Position numbers and translations under genes: made by a program. From Pholidichthys leucotaenia (Eukaryota), in assembly GCA_020510985.1 (NCBI GenBank), contig CM035838.1, positions 342,579,700 to 342,643,699 on the forward strand: a DNA stretch of 64,000 nt. The letters run 5' to 3'. How positions within the stretch are numbered: the stretch's first letter is position 1; every line of letters starts with the position of its first letter. The notes below the pieces were generated by a model that worked only from the letters and a program-made list of their open reading frames with translations, was not told the DNA's origin and made no database searches. Positions 1 through 11,928 of the stretch are shown here, one piece after another.

Positions 1-1795
1 AGATGAGCCCGATGAGGGTGGTGTCGTCCGCAAACTTGATCAGCTTGACAAACTGGTGGCTGGAGGTGCAGGAGTTGGTGTACAGGAAGAAGAGCAGGGG
101 GGAAAGTACACAGCCCTGGGGTGATCCGGTGCTGATGCTAACAGAGTCTGAGACAGTCTTTCCCAGCCGCACATGCTGCCTCCGGTCCGTCAGGAAGTTG
201 GTGATCCACCTGCAGAGGGAGTCAGGCACGTTGAGCAGGGACAGCTTGTCCTGGAGTAGAGCGGGGCGGATGGTATTGAATGCAGAGCTGAAGTCCACAA
301 ACAGGATCCTGGCGTAGGTTCCTGGGGAGTCCAGGTGCTGCAGGATGGAGTGGAGTGTCAGGTTGACTGCGTCGTCCACAGACCTGTTGGCTCTGTAGGC
401 AAACTGCAGCGGGTCCAGGAGGGGAGTGGTGATGGTCTTGAGGTGGGGCAGGACCAGGCGCTCAAAGGACTTCATGACTACAGAGGTGAGCGCTACAGGT
501 CTGTAGTCGTTAAGTCCGGTGATCCGTGGCTTCTTGGGGACAGGGACGATGGTTGAGGTTTTGAGGCAGGTCGGCACGTGACATAACTTCAGGGAGGTGT
601 TAAAAATGTCTGTGAAGACAGGAGTCAGCTCTTCTGCACAGTGTCTCAGGGTGGAGGGAGACACGCCGTCCGGACCGGGGGCCTTGAGCGGATTCAGTCT
701 GGAGAACTGTCTGTGCACATCCTGCTCGCTGATGACAAGGGCAGGGGGGGAGGACGGGGGGCCGCCTTTGATGAAGTGGGGACCATGGAGGCAGTGGCGC
801 TGTGGGGAGGGGGGGAGTTGGACACAGCTGACAAGGTGTCAAAACGGGCATAGTGTTGGGACAGTCTTTGACAAAGGGCTTTGTCATCCTGGCCCTTAGA
901 AGCCTGAGGCTGATAGTTGGTGATTTGCCTCAGTCCTCTCCACACAGAAGCAGAGTCGTTAGCAGTGAACTGTTGCTGGAGTCTCTCAGAATACACAGAT
1001 TTAGCTCTCCTCAGCTCTCTGCTAAACCGGTATTTGACCTCCCTGTAGCAGTCCCTGTCTCCGCTTTTCAACGCTGCTTCCTTCTCCTTCCTGATTTGTC
1101 TGAGCTTGGCTGTGAACCAGGGCTTGTCGTTGGAGTAACTCACCCTGGTGCGCGATGGAAGAATGCTGTCCTCACAAAAGTGGATGTATGAGTTCACAGT
1201 GTCCGTGTACTCATCCAGATCATGCGTGGCCCCTTTAAACATGCCCCAGTCAGTTATTTCCAAGCACGTGCGCACCATCTCCCGAGCATCACTGGTCAAT
1301 TTCCTCTTAGTGCTCACCACAGGTTTTGTGAGCTTCAGTCTCTGTCTGTATGTGGGAATCAGGTGGACCATCACGTGAACAGCGCGATACGCATCCTTAA
1401 CTGTAGTGTAACAGTGATCCAGCGTGTTCTCTCCTCTGGTGGGGCATTTAATAAACTGTTTGTAGCGGGGGAGTTCATGGCTCAGGTTGCTCTGGTTAAA
1501 GTCGCCAACCACAATAACCAGAGAGTCCGGAAAAGTCCGCTCCGCTTGTTGAATGTGATCAGCGAGCGCGCGCTGAGCCTCGCGCACGTCCGCGTCGGGC
1601 GGGACGTAAACAGTGGACAGGATGACTGAAGCGAACTCACGCGGGGAATAAAATGGCTTGCAGTTGATGGATAAATATTCCAGAGCAGGAGAACAGTGTT
1701 GGGAGATCACAGTTACATCGGAGCACCAGCTGTTGTTGATGTAGAAAGAGAGAACCATCGATGGTGAGTGATTTGTAATAATGTGCATCTGTTCG
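1..1795 (-). mobile_element. LINE (non-LTR retrotransposon, family not determined) 5' half: 5'UTR, APE endonuclease, start of RT; continues past window start
   Basis: ORF 694-1788(-) has EEP/APE motifs ([23 protein letters not shown]) and a LINE-type linker. RT-like coding continues toward coordinate 1 with frame breaks; the plus-strand ORFs at 3-556 are its antisense. Confidence 0.7.
694..1788 (-). CDS. LINE ORF2 N-terminal part (APE endonuclease domain)
   Basis: 364-aa ORF with endonuclease/exonuclease/phosphatase-family motifs typical of LINE ORF2. Confidence 0.7.
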   Translation of the reverse strand: MHIITNHSPSMVLSFYINNSWCSDVTVISQHCSPALEYLSINCKPFYSPREFASVILSTVYVPPDADVREAQRALADHIQQAERTFPDSLVIVVGDFNQSNLSHELPRYKQFIKCPTRGENTLDHCYTTVKDAYRAVHVMVHLIPTYRQRLKLTKPVVSTKRKLTSDAREMVRTCLEITDWGMFKGATHDLDEYTDTVNSYIHFCEDSILPSRTRVSYSNDKPWFTAKLRQIRKEKEAALKSGDRDCYREVKYRFSRELRRAKSVYSERLQQQFTANDSASVWRGLRQITNYQPQASKGQDDKALCQRLSQHYARFDTLSAVSNSPPPHSATASMVPTSSKAAPRPPPLPLSSASRMCTDSSPD

Positions 1796-2666
1796 CTTAT
1801 TTATCCTGTTGGTGGTAAGCTCACTTTTTTTGAGCCATACAGCACTGTTTTGTGCTGGCTAACTCGTTTTAGCTAATGAGTTTTGGCTAGTAGCTAGCTA
1901 GTACCAACTGCTGATTTGCGCTTGTTTTCTCCTAAATATTCGCTTGTGAGAGCAAAACGATGAAATATGTTAATCATGGTTAAAGTCCTGGTTTGTGTTT
2001 TGTATTGCACTTTGGTGCTGCGCATTAAATTGTGTGCAATTTAATGCTAGAATGTGTTTCCACATGCCAGGGGTTAGCCTCCCTGTTTATACTGTGATAC
2101 TGGTAAAATGGACTATAGGAGCCGAAATCTCATCATATTAAAATTGCTTTTTCAAACCAGTGATTTATAAAGTCATTCATATAATTTTCTAAAGCGTCAG
2201 AATAGACCCACACACCTATTCTGTGGATCCTGCAGTGCTTGTCAGGGAAACGAAGCATTTTTGTCACATCCCACCACTTTACACATTACACAGACAGTGA
2301 TATATTTCAAGCGTTTATTTATTTTAATTTTGATGATTACAGCTTACAGCCCCTGAAAACCCCAAATTCAATTTGGCAAAAAATTAGAATATTACATAAA
2401 ATTAACTTTAAAAAATAGTTTTTAAATATAAATGTTGGCCGCTAAGGTGTTGGTTAATATGGGCTGTAGCCGTAATCATCAATATTAAAATAAACACTTT
2501 CAATATATCACTGTCCCTGTAATGAATCTATATATGGGTTTCACTTTCTGAAACGAGTAAAAAAAAATATTGAATTTTTTCATGGTATTCTAATTTTTGA
2601 GATGTGCCTATATAAGTGTTGAACTTGCTTGAAACTAACCATCATCCATTTCTGTCGTTCATCTAG

Positions 2667-2738
2667 GCAGGAGGAAATCAGCCTCCCCACAACGGACCTC
2701 GCCACTGTGGAATGTGCTAAAATCCTTTGCTTTTATAG
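2667..2738 (+). other. Candidate decayed duplicate exon (pseudo-exon), AG...GT flanked
   Basis: About 75% nt identity, including the upstream polypyrimidine/AG, to the candidate exon at 3695-3825. It has a 1-nt indel and a stop in the corresponding frame. Confidence 0.2.
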
Positions 2739-3694
2739 GTAAAGTGTCAAAAACAAAGTAGCACAATTTCCACTTAATATAAAAGGGACTGAACTGAGAT
2801 TTATTTGATTGTGTGAATATGGCACATCAAGTGTAAAATAAGCCGCTTGTTAATGTATTTATTTTTTTGTCAGATCACTTGTGTGATCCTTTGTGAGTTA
2901 TGTTCATAACTGTATGTTCTGGCGAATGTGAGATATTCAGTCGTCAATATAATTTACTTTATATGTGTAGTTTATAGTCTATCATCAATAAACTCATGCA
3001 GTAACAGGACACATTACAAATATTCGAGACCCGTTGTAGTGCTTCCTTGTATATTTTAGCAATGCTAGTCCAAAACACCGCACACACATGAAGCCAGGGC
3101 AAGAAGAGACACTTTTACAGACAAGACAAACTTTTATTGATAAAAACTTCATATTTTGACTGAGCGACTCCACACTTGGTGATGCACAACCTCAGTTAAA
3201 GTACTAGATTCCATTCAAGTGAATGTATTAATTCATTCTGATTGCTGAGGCCACAGTAAAAAGAGATGATTTTAAATATAACCCAGCCCTTGTAAAATCT
3301 ACCGAAGCGCAGCTACATGAAAATTGTGGTTAAATACAACAACGAAGTACTTTATTGTCACATTCAAATTGTAATCCCTCCTGTTTTGTTTTTCTTTTGA
3401 ATTCTTGGATGAAATATGGTGGGCAATATAAGCTGCAGCTTCAGCCATCACCCATTTCAGATAACCTATGTTGAACTGTATAATCAGAGGAGTTATTGTT
3501 TAATTTGACCTTGTTAGATTTTTTCCCCTTTGATATACTATTCTATTTTCTTTTAATCTTTACTTTTAATCAATCCGAAATAAAGATTCATTCATTAATT
3601 CACATTCCACCACTGGCTTTTAGCAACAAGTGTATTTCCCAAATAAGTTTTAAACTTGCTTTACTTAACCACCACCCATTTGTCTTTTGCCTAG

Positions 3695-3825
3695 GCAAGA
3701 GGGAAACTGTCACCCCAACTGGACCTTGCCTCACTATTTACAGAGATGCAGGCTGAAGATCTGCTGAACCAGGACCAGTACGATGGGCCGATCCAGTTGC
3801 TTCTCAGTGAGGCAGCGTGGCTGCG
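3695..3825 (+). CDS. Candidate host coding exon (open frame ARGKLSPQLDLASLFTEMQAEDLLNQDQYDGPIQLLLSEAAWL)
   Basis: Polypyrimidine tract plus AG acceptor at 3693-3694, GT donor at 3826-3827, and a 131-nt open frame with no TE similarity. There is no protein-identity evidence. Confidence 0.25.
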
Positions 3826-4206
3826 GTGTGTGACCATTCCAGTTTTTTTTTTTACAGTTTGAATTTTGCACATTCTGAATAATCTGGAAGTTACTGCTGA
3901 TTGTAATAAACAATTTAGTGACTTATGTGTTTGTATCATGATTTTCTATTTTGTCTGTTAAGACACCGGTGGGAAAAGAGTCAACTGTACAAAGGATTTA
4001 TCGGTGACCTTGAAAATAATGGCTCATTTTTAAGAAAAAAGTAACCAAAACAATTATTTTACTAACTGAAGACTATATTGTTAGAAGACTGTACAGAAGA
4101 CCCTGCATACTTTAGTGACAGTACCAGTATATGGAGGAATTCTGGGTCATATTAGCATCTGCTCTTCATCATAATGGGTTTGGGCAGGGGTGTCTAATCA
4201 TGTGCC

Positions 4207-4376
4207 ATGGAGGGCCAAGACCCTGCAGGCTTTACCTCCAACCAGTGTCTTCAACAGCAGATTCCACTGAACTTCTTCCACTGACTGATCAGTGAGAACA
4301 CCTGCTGAAGAGACTGGGTAGAAGAGAGAACCTGCAGGGTCTTGGCCCCCCATGACACATGATTGGAAGCCCCCGG
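4207..4376. mobile_element. MITE-like palindromic element (about 170 bp)
   Basis: The two halves are reverse complements. Termini are GGGGTGTCTAATCATGTG / CACATGATTGGAAGCCCC, with internal GGCCAAGACCCTGCAGG / CCTGCAGGGTCTTGGCC. Confidence 0.5.
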
Positions 4377-5644
4377 ATAAGGTTTAATGGGATTTAACAT
4401 TTTAACACAAACTGCTTTATGGTTCATAATTCTGTTGACAGACTTACACCAAACCAAAAGTGATTTCTCAAACTGCTGGATTATTCTTAACGTTTCCAAT
4501 CTTTCAGTATTTAATTTATGCCACATGGTGGTAACCTTCACATATAAAAAAAGAGACATCTGCAAAAACTTCAGAGATTTATTGTCAGTGCAATTCCCAG
4601 TGCAATATGACATGAATGCATGTCTAGTACATTGTTGATGCAGAGAATATATATTTCTACAGTACATGTATCTAGTAAATCAAGTATTTTCCATGTAACC
4701 TTGTGACTGCATTATTTTAATTGCTTTTAATCCTAGATCAAGTTTGTTTTGGCCTAAAATGCATGATAACTGTCAAATATATCTTATTATACCTAACTCA
4801 GTACTGTTTACTTTTGAATATATATTTTGTGGCTAATATAGTTATTAACATGGCGATCAAGTTGTGTCAGCTGATCATTTTTTTCTATGACCATCTCAGA
4901 CTCTGCTGCAGAAGCAGGTACGTCCATGATGTTTCAACAGTCTCTCCATGATTTTCAAGCAGATCAGAGCAATTTGTTGTACAGGAAATAAACGTTTCTA
5001 CAGACATTCTTAAGCTCTATAATCACTGATCGTTTGTGAAGCTGTGCTGACATCAGTGACAGGCTGATGACATCTGTAACAGGCTGTGCTGAACGCCCAG
5101 ACCGAATGAAGCGGTAATTTCCCCACAACAGAGCCATCTGAAACACACACAGCGTACATATTTTAATACCTAACAGCGATAACTTGCAGACATTAAAGTG
5201 TAGTACGACGTACTTATAGCAAACTAGCATTAGCAACATTAGCTTACCGTCATATATGACCTAGTTTGTATCCTCACGCCTTTGGCTCTCCCAGAAGCTG
5301 CAGAACTATTCCAGAGTGTTTCATCTCGCTGCCTGTACCCTTGTCTGGCGGTCCTTTTTGGCATTTACGGTGAAAAAAGCCGCAGACCGAGGAGTGGCCT
5401 TGTACAGCTGTATGTGTTTATGTTTTGCTTGGGTCGCGTGTTTTACGTCACGGGAGTGTGGCGCCGCCTCGCTGTTATAGAAATCCCACCCACCCCAGCT
5501 TAACACAGTTGTAATGGAGACAAAAGCGAGCTGAACCGTGTTGAAGTGAATCGAGACGTGCCGAGGTGTGCTGGGGTAATGGAAAAGTGCCTTATCTTCT
5601 CCCCCACCAACCCCGTTGTCCTGGGTGGAGTGTCATGTGTATTG

Positions 5645-6190
5645 TAAAAAACTCTTTTTTCTTCTCTCTGTAAAAATGTGTTCAAGAATTGGTCAGTCAG
5701 CATACAACCATTTTAAATGTAAGAATCACATGAGAGATGCTATTTCACACTTATCTGATTTATTATTCTTGAATCATGCAGAGAATATCACAGCTGTGGT
5801 CTGTCTCAGCACAACTTGCCGACAGCAGAGAAAAACAATAAATTTGAGTACATACAGTATATCTTCTAGTCTGGGGCATTCCCCTGACCCCAACAATGGC
5901 TCCCTTCTTCAGGATTGCTGACTCCATCAGACGTCTTCTCCAAACAATGGCTCTCTTCTCCTCTCCAAGGTTGGCTGGCCAGGTGCAGTCTGCTGATGCT
6001 CCGATCTCTTATCGCAACCCTGAACACAAGCTAACCTCCCCCCTGCTATGTGTGAGCAAAAAGCAGCCCATTGTTTGCTAAGCGATAAGCGATGTGTGTG
6101 TGTGTAACTAATCCACATCGTTTTTGTTCAGCGTGAAGCAATGCAGAGACTGCAAACAGCATAAGCACATTTGTGTAAACAATATTTAAC
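5645..6190 (-). repeat. Partial copy (about 550 bp) of the family-X LTR found at 39155-41398; lacks the first ~50 bp and the PBS
   Basis: About 90% identity to 39157-39380 plus 41027-41348. It carries TACAGTA at 5852-5858, exactly where the other copy has a Tc1 element. Confidence 0.5.
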
Positions 6191-6819
6191 CTTTTGAGTG
6201 TGAGATTTTGCGTGCCCCTAGTGGCAGAGTGCGGCGCTGTGCCTGTCATCTCGCTCTGACATAATCAGCTCCATTGAGGATTTGTACTGATTTGTACTGA
6301 TCTGCCAGTTTCAGAAGGTGGCAGACATTTGTTGGAGGACTCAATGGATGACACGTAATACACCAAAGAAGAAGAACTCCTCATTTCCTTTTCCTGTTTT
6401 TAGCATTTTAGCACAGAAAGCTAATATGGCTGCCATCCGTCATAGTGCACTGTCACTTAGTTGGCTTTGTACGTGGAAAATAGCCACAGGATACAAGCGA
6501 AATTTATATGGGATAATCATAAGACTTTGTAGATGTGGTAGAGAGCGTAAATGACAGACAGAACGCAAAATAACGACCACGATGGGTGAAAACACAGCGA
6601 CCACGGCAGCGAGTGAGTCCCCTTAGCCGCCGGTAAGTGAGGAATTTCTGTGTTTTTTTTAATATTGTACTGATTTCTTGTTCATATACTTTGAAGATAA
6701 GATGATGAGGTACCTCTGTACAAAAAACGGTGTCAAAAGACTGAACCTTTCTTTGTGTAAATACGTCCAAAGTCCAGTTTTGATTGAGTTATGGAATTTA
6801 AAGAGGTGCCGCAACAATA

Positions 6820-7490
6820 TCTGGCCATGTGCCTTCTTCTCCCAATGGCTGTCCCCGGCGGAGCGCAATTATAGCATTGGTGACAGGGAATTGCTGGCGG
6901 TTAAACTGGCTCTGGAGGAATGGCGCCACTGGTTGGAGGGGTCCTCGCAGCCGTTCGTGGTTTGGACGGATCATCGGAACTTGGAGTACCTCAGGACGGC
7001 CAAGAGCTTGAATGCTCGTCAGGCCTGCTGGTCCTTGTTTTTTGGTTGTTTTGACTTTACCATCACATACCGCCCTGGGTCCAAAAATACTAAGCCAGAC
7101 GCCCTCTCCAGACAATTCGACACGGATGCTTTGGAACTTGAAGACCATCCAATCCTCCCTGCCTCCTGTGTCATGGGTGCCCTTTCGTGGGGGATAAAGG
7201 AGAGGGTTATGAAGGCCCAAGAGACAGAGATGGACCCGGGCGGGGGGTCAGCCAGGAAGTTGTTTGTGCCATCGGCCGTCCGGGGTGACATCATTCACTG
7301 GGCCTACTCCTCCAAGTTTGCCTGCTACCCAGGAAGACAACGCTCGGAGGAGCTGTTGCAACGTTCGTTCTGGTGGCCCTCTCTTCAAAAGGACATCGGG
7401 GAGTATATCCGTGCCTGTCCCCAGTGTGCCACCGGTAAGTCCCCATCGTCTCTGCCAGCTGGGTTGCTCCACCCTCTCCTAGTTCTGTGA
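6820..7490 (+). CDS. pol fragment: RNase H C-terminal part + integrase HHCC zinc finger
   Basis: Carries [24 protein letters not shown] and IHWAYSSKFACYPG...ACPQCA. The ORF stops where the solo LTR begins. Confidence 0.75.
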
Positions 7491-8165
7491 TGGCCCACTC
7501 TGTGTTATTATCTCCCACAGCTGCGCACACACCAGCTCTTCATCACACTCGGGCTATTTATTCCGCTCCGCCTTCAGATCGGCACGGAGCCGTCTGTCTC
7601 CCTGGCTGAAGAAGCCCTACTCTTGTCTTCCGTGAGAATTATCCTGCCTTTGTCGTTCCTGCCTAAACCTCCTTGCCACAGCCTTATCCTTTGGAGGGAT
7701 TTTCCTCAGCCACCAAGTAAGCCACTCTTTACTTACCTGCTTCTACGTTGGTCCCCTGTGCACAGGCAGAGTCCCGTGGTGGCGGAACCATTCCTCCTGG
7801 CGGCAGAACCGGCCTCGCTCTTCCCAGCGGGTCCAGCTCATCACCAGCAGCGTCGTGATGGCAGGTGCTGTCCTCCTGGCTGTAGCCTCCGGGCCGACCC
7901 GAGTGCATCTCCCTTTCTGCCACAGTCATTCATCATACGCTCCTTCAGTAGGACTGTACTAATATCTGTGCCTCTGCTCTGCCTATAGGGTTGCCAGGTC
8001 GTACGGTGCTTTGCTCACCCCCGGCTACGACGTCTCTGCTAACATACACATACACTTACACATACACAACACCCACCCATTCACACACACCCTTATTATT
8101 CAATAAAGATAATTGAATCCACTTCCGAGCCTGCGTCTGTTCCCTGGGTCTGTCAAACATGTCAG
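7486..8165 (+). mobile_element. Solo LTR (same LTR type as 9346-9999) inserted in the integrase ORF
   Basis: Starts TGTGATGG and ends CATGTCAG, with a U5-like AATAAA region. Flanking GTTC/GTTC TSD (7482-7485, 8166-8169). The integrase frame resumes at 8166 ([12 protein letters not shown]). Confidence 0.7.
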
Positions 8166-8174
8166 GTTCCTGGC

Positions 8175-9290
8175 AGGCCCTGGTCCCATGTGGCGTTGGA
8201 TTTTGTCACCGGCCTCCCTCTTTCCAACAATCATACCATGGTTCTCACCTTAGTGGACAGATTCTCCAAAGCAGCCCATTTTGACCCCCTCCCGGGTCTG
8301 CCTACGGCTAAGGAAACAGCTGATCTATTGGTCCAACATGTGGTGAGGCTACATGGGATCCCCTTGGACATCCTCTCTGACCAGGGTCCCCAATTTATTT
8401 CCCAAGTTTGGAGGTCATTTTGTAGCGCCCTTGGGGCCAGGCTGAGCCTGTCATCCAGATACCATCCGCAATCCAATGGCCAGTGCGAATGAGCCAATCA
8501 GGAGCTGGAAGCAGAGCTGCGGTGCGTGGCCTCAACCAATTCGACCACCTGGAGCTCTTTTCTACCATGGATCGAGTATGCCCACAACTCGACGGTGTCT
8601 TCGGCCATAGGTATGTCCCCTTTTCAAGCTTCTCTTGGGTATGCACCTTTGTTTCCTGAGGAAGAGGGCAACATTGCCCTGCCATCAGTCTGGGCGCACC
8701 TGAGGCACTGTCGCCCTCTTCCTCGGGAAACAAAGGGGGAGCATACCCAAGAGACGCTTGAAAAGGGGACAAAAAAAGGGTGCTGTCGATGGCTGTGGAG
8801 GGCAACCCGGACCGCGCTGCATCGCACAGCTGAACACAACACCGCGGTGGCCAACCATCATAGGACCCCAGCTCCATCTTACCAGGTGGGCCAACGGGTT
8901 TGGCTATCGACTAAAAATATTAACTTGAAGGCTGAGTGCAGGAAGATGCAACAGCGTTTTATTGGGCCGTTTGCTGTCTCCCGTCTCATCAATCCTGTGT
9001 CTGTGCGCCTTGATCTCCCCCCCTCCCGCCGCATACGTCCCACCTTCCATGTCTCACAAATAAAACCTGTGTCTTCCAGCCCCTTGTGCCCCCCCCCCAG
9101 GTCCCCGCCTCCTCCGAGGATGATCGATGGCAGTCTGGCATGGGGTGTGACTGCTATCCTGCATGTCCGTCGCTGGGGCCATGGACTACAATATCTGGTG
9201 GACTGGGAGGGCTATGGCCCGGAGGCTAGGTCCTGGGTGCGTCCCGCCTGAGTGCTCGATAAAGATCTCATCAGGGAGTTCCATCGGACG
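8175..9290 (+). CDS. integrase catalytic core + C-terminal chromodomain (frameshifted; ORFs 8190-8492 and 8526-9251)
   Basis: DDE core ([27 protein letters not shown]) and chromodomain [19 protein letters not shown]. Confidence 0.75.
8617..8776. repeat. Near-perfect 160-bp palindrome (fold-back inverted duplication) inside the integrase coding sequence
   Basis: CCCCTTTTCAAGCTTCTCTTGGGTATGC...CCTTTGTTTCCTGAGGAAGAGGGC is mirrored as GCCCTCTTCCTCGGGAAACAAAGG...GCATACCCAAGAGACGCTTGAAAAGGGG. The homologous integrase in F (44753-45334) lacks the second arm. Confidence 0.7.
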
Positions 9291-9345
9291 CATCCAGGTA
9301 GGCTGGAACGACCGCCAAGAGGCGCTCATTGGGGGGGGGAGTACT

Positions 9346-9999
9346 GTCATGGTCTGGTCCACTCATCATTCTCAGCTGCGTGCACACCTGGTTCTCATCA
9401 TGCCTAGCCTATTTCTACCACACTGCCCATACCGGCAGTGTGGCAATGTCTCACTGTGCTCCAGAAGAGCTTCATCGCCAATTCCTCCCTGCTACCAAAG
9501 CCACAGCCCGAGCCAGCCTTCACCATCGCCGGAGAATCCCTCCAGCCTGTCACGTAAGCTCTACTATCTACTCACCATTGTCTGCTAATCCCCTGTGCAC
9601 AGGCGGAGTCCGCGGCGGCGGAATCCTTCCTCCTCTCTCCCAGGCGGCGGACTCTTCCAGCCCCTTCTCCACACCAACTCACCACAGACACTCACCTGCC
9701 GGAGCCACACCATCTCCACAAGAGCACTGTCTCCCTGGCCACAGCCATCACGCTGAACCGGAGCTGCTCACCATCTGTTCCCACAGTGAGCTACAGCGTA
9801 ACTGTATAACTCCAGCTGTGACGCTCATTAATCCCATCTCTCAGTGTGTTCCTAGGGTTGCCAGGCCGTACGGTGTCTCACTCTGTCCCCGGCAGTTCCA
9901 GTCAACACTCACACATTACATTCACCCATTTGTTGTGAATAAGCTTAATTGTTTCAGTTCGGAGTCCATGTCTCATCACTAGGTCAATAAACCATGTCA
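9346..9999 (+). repeat. 3' LTR of the chromovirus fragment (654 bp, TGTCATGG...CATGTCA), preceded by a G-run PPT
   Basis: Same length and termini as the F LTRs. PPT GGGGGGGGGGAG at 9331-9342. Confidence 0.75.
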
Positions 10000-10580
10000 G
10001 TATTCCTATAACAACATTCATCACAAAAAAGATTTAAATTTGGATGTTCATTTTCATTTGCTTTAAGATTTGACGCAGCTTTCATGTCTGTTTCCACAAT
10101 TGCACAACAGTCATGAGGTTCACCTGTGAGCATGTCCTCTGCCATGTTTGTGTCATCACTTGTGTAAGTGACATTTGGTGCTTGTAATATTCTTTTCATC
10201 CTTTGTGTTCTTTTGGCTGAGAGTGTGAACAGCACACTTTGTAGATATGCAACTACTCCATGCATTGTATGCATAATCACAGTGTGTTGCATGGTAATGT
10301 GAGAAGTTTTCTCCAATGTTTTGGCTATCGCGGCAACGTGACGTGTGCACGGTGGATGTCTTCTTTCTATGTTATCTAATGTTGAACTGTAGTACATTAG
10401 AACTGACCTTGACCCTGTACTTTCCCCTTTCTGATACAGCACGGCATTTATAATTCCGTGCTGTTCAGAAATGTTCAAATGAAATAGGGAAGCGTATTCA
10501 GGTGGTTTGAATGAACACACATGTGACATCAGTTGTTTTAGTTCAATGAACACACCCTCAGCTGAGGTAGTCCATTGCAA
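9984..10580 (-). CDS. ERV RT thumb/connection fragment (truncated)
   Basis: Continuation of the RT frame downstream of the YVDD core. The ORF ends at the junction with the chromovirus LTR. Confidence 0.55.
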   Translation of the reverse strand: MQWTTSAEGVFIELKQLMSHVCSFKPPEYASLFHLNISEQHGIINAVLYQKGESTGSRSVLMYYSSTLDNIERRHPPCTRHVAAIAKTLEKTSHITMQHTVIMHTMHGVVAYLQSVLFTLSAKRTQRMKRILQAPNVTYTSDDTNMAEDMLTGEPHDCCAIVETDMKAASNLKANENEHPNLNLFCDECCYRNTDMVY

Positions 10581-10760
10581 TGGTGATGTGAGATTTTTGT
10601 GTCCAGTTCTTTAAGAAGATCGTGCAGGGGTTGAATGAGCACAGTGTAATTTGGGACAAAATTTCTGCTGTATCCGGTAAGACCCAAAAATGACATTTCC
10701 CTCACAGGTTTAGGGTGTGAGAGAATTGATGACCTTTATGATGGAGATACCATGGAATCA

Positions 10761-11195
10761 CTAGATATAATTAGCCTGCCCAAATAGTGAACTCTGGGGT
10801 GACAACACTGTACCTTTTTGCGGCTTAGTTTGTAGCCTTTCTGGTAAAGATGTTTCAAGAGGATCTCTGTGGCTGAAAGCACAGAGGCAGCAGTAGTCTG
10901 CTAATAGCAGATCATCAACATACTGTAACAACAATGTACTAGAGGGCAGGAATAAATCCTGCAAATTTTGATACAGTATGTGATTAAAAATGGTTGGTGA
11001 GTCAACAAAACCTTTTGGTAGCCTGCTGTATGTGTAGTGTTGACTCTGAAAGGTGAATGCAAAAAGGGGCCTGCTATCTGCATGTAAAGGAATGCTGAAA
11101 AAAGCATTAGAAATATCCACCACAGTAAAAAATTTGTGGTGTGGTGTAATGTTATTCAGGAGCAGGTAAGAATTTGGAACAGTGTAATTTGTCAT
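10761..11195 (-). CDS. ERV reverse transcriptase catalytic core
   Basis: TVVDISNAFFSIPL, LPKGFVDSPTIF, LLQYVDDLLLA. Confidence 0.8.
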   Translation of the reverse strand: MTNYTVPNSYLLLNNITPHHKFFTVVDISNAFFSIPLHADSRPLFAFTFQSQHYTYSRLPKGFVDSPTIFNHILYQNLQDLFLPSSTLLLQYVDDLLLADYCCLCAFSHRDPLETSLPERLQTKPQKGTVLSPQSSLFGQANYI

Positions 11196-11928
11196 GGACC
11201 ATCCTGTAGTCCGTTTTTCAAGGCTTCTCTATAGGAAGAATTGGTGTGTCTCATGGGGACTGTGTTGGCACTAGAACCCCTGCCTGAAGAAGACCTTTTA
11301 TTGTTCCTGCTATGCCTGTCTCCTTCTCTTTTGTGAGAGGATACTGTGCTCTCCATATTGGTTGAGCATTTGCTTTCAATGAGATTTTGACGGGTGAACA
11401 GGTAATCAGACCAACGTCTGCAGAGCCGTCTGAGCACAAAGTGGGGGCAGAGCGTCCAAAAGTGCACCAGAATCTGGATGGTCAGTGTTTTCTCTGCCAT
11501 GTGTTCTATCTAGGTGCAATGTTTGTGGAGTGTCCTGAATTATGGCATTGCATGAGATGTGATAGCCATCAGCAGATGGTGAATAATGTAGGTCCCTACA
11601 TTGTGACAGCCTAGTCAGTCAACCTAAGACAGTTTTTCACCATTGGTCCCAGTGCCCTTGCCTCTTCCTCTGCGGACACCCCCAGCGTAACATAGGGTGC
11701 AGCAGTGTCCGAGAGGGCATACAGAAGCAACAAGTCTTTGTCCAGATAAACTGCAGCAGTGACTCCTTGTGGACCCACATAAATGTCTTTACACACCAAG
11801 TCCTGTACCCCCACCAAAGTCTCCCACTGATTATCATACAGTTCCTGATCATCATGTGAATAGTTCATTGTGCAGTGGAGTGGATCATGTGGGGGGTCAT
11901 AAGGTTGAACAGAGTCGATCCATGGAGA

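Larger units (their letters stand above)
6815..9999 (+). mobile_element. 5'-truncated Ty3/gypsy chromovirus (RNase H - integrase - chromodomain - 3' LTR) with a nested solo LTR
   Basis: The pol ORFs are homologous to elements F and G. A G-rich PPT precedes the LTR at 9346. Coding begins abruptly at ~6815 next to AT-rich non-TE sequence. Confidence 0.8.

Noticed and set aside
3-556. Plus-strand ORFs (104 aa and 73 aa) at the window start
   Set aside because: They are antisense to the minus-strand LINE RT coding region. They have low complexity and no domain motifs.
6540-6660. ATG followed by a GT donor (acgATGGGTGAAAAC...gccgccgGTAAGT) as a host first exon
   Set aside because: The frame hits TAG after 14 codons and there is no supporting similarity. 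It is left uncalled.
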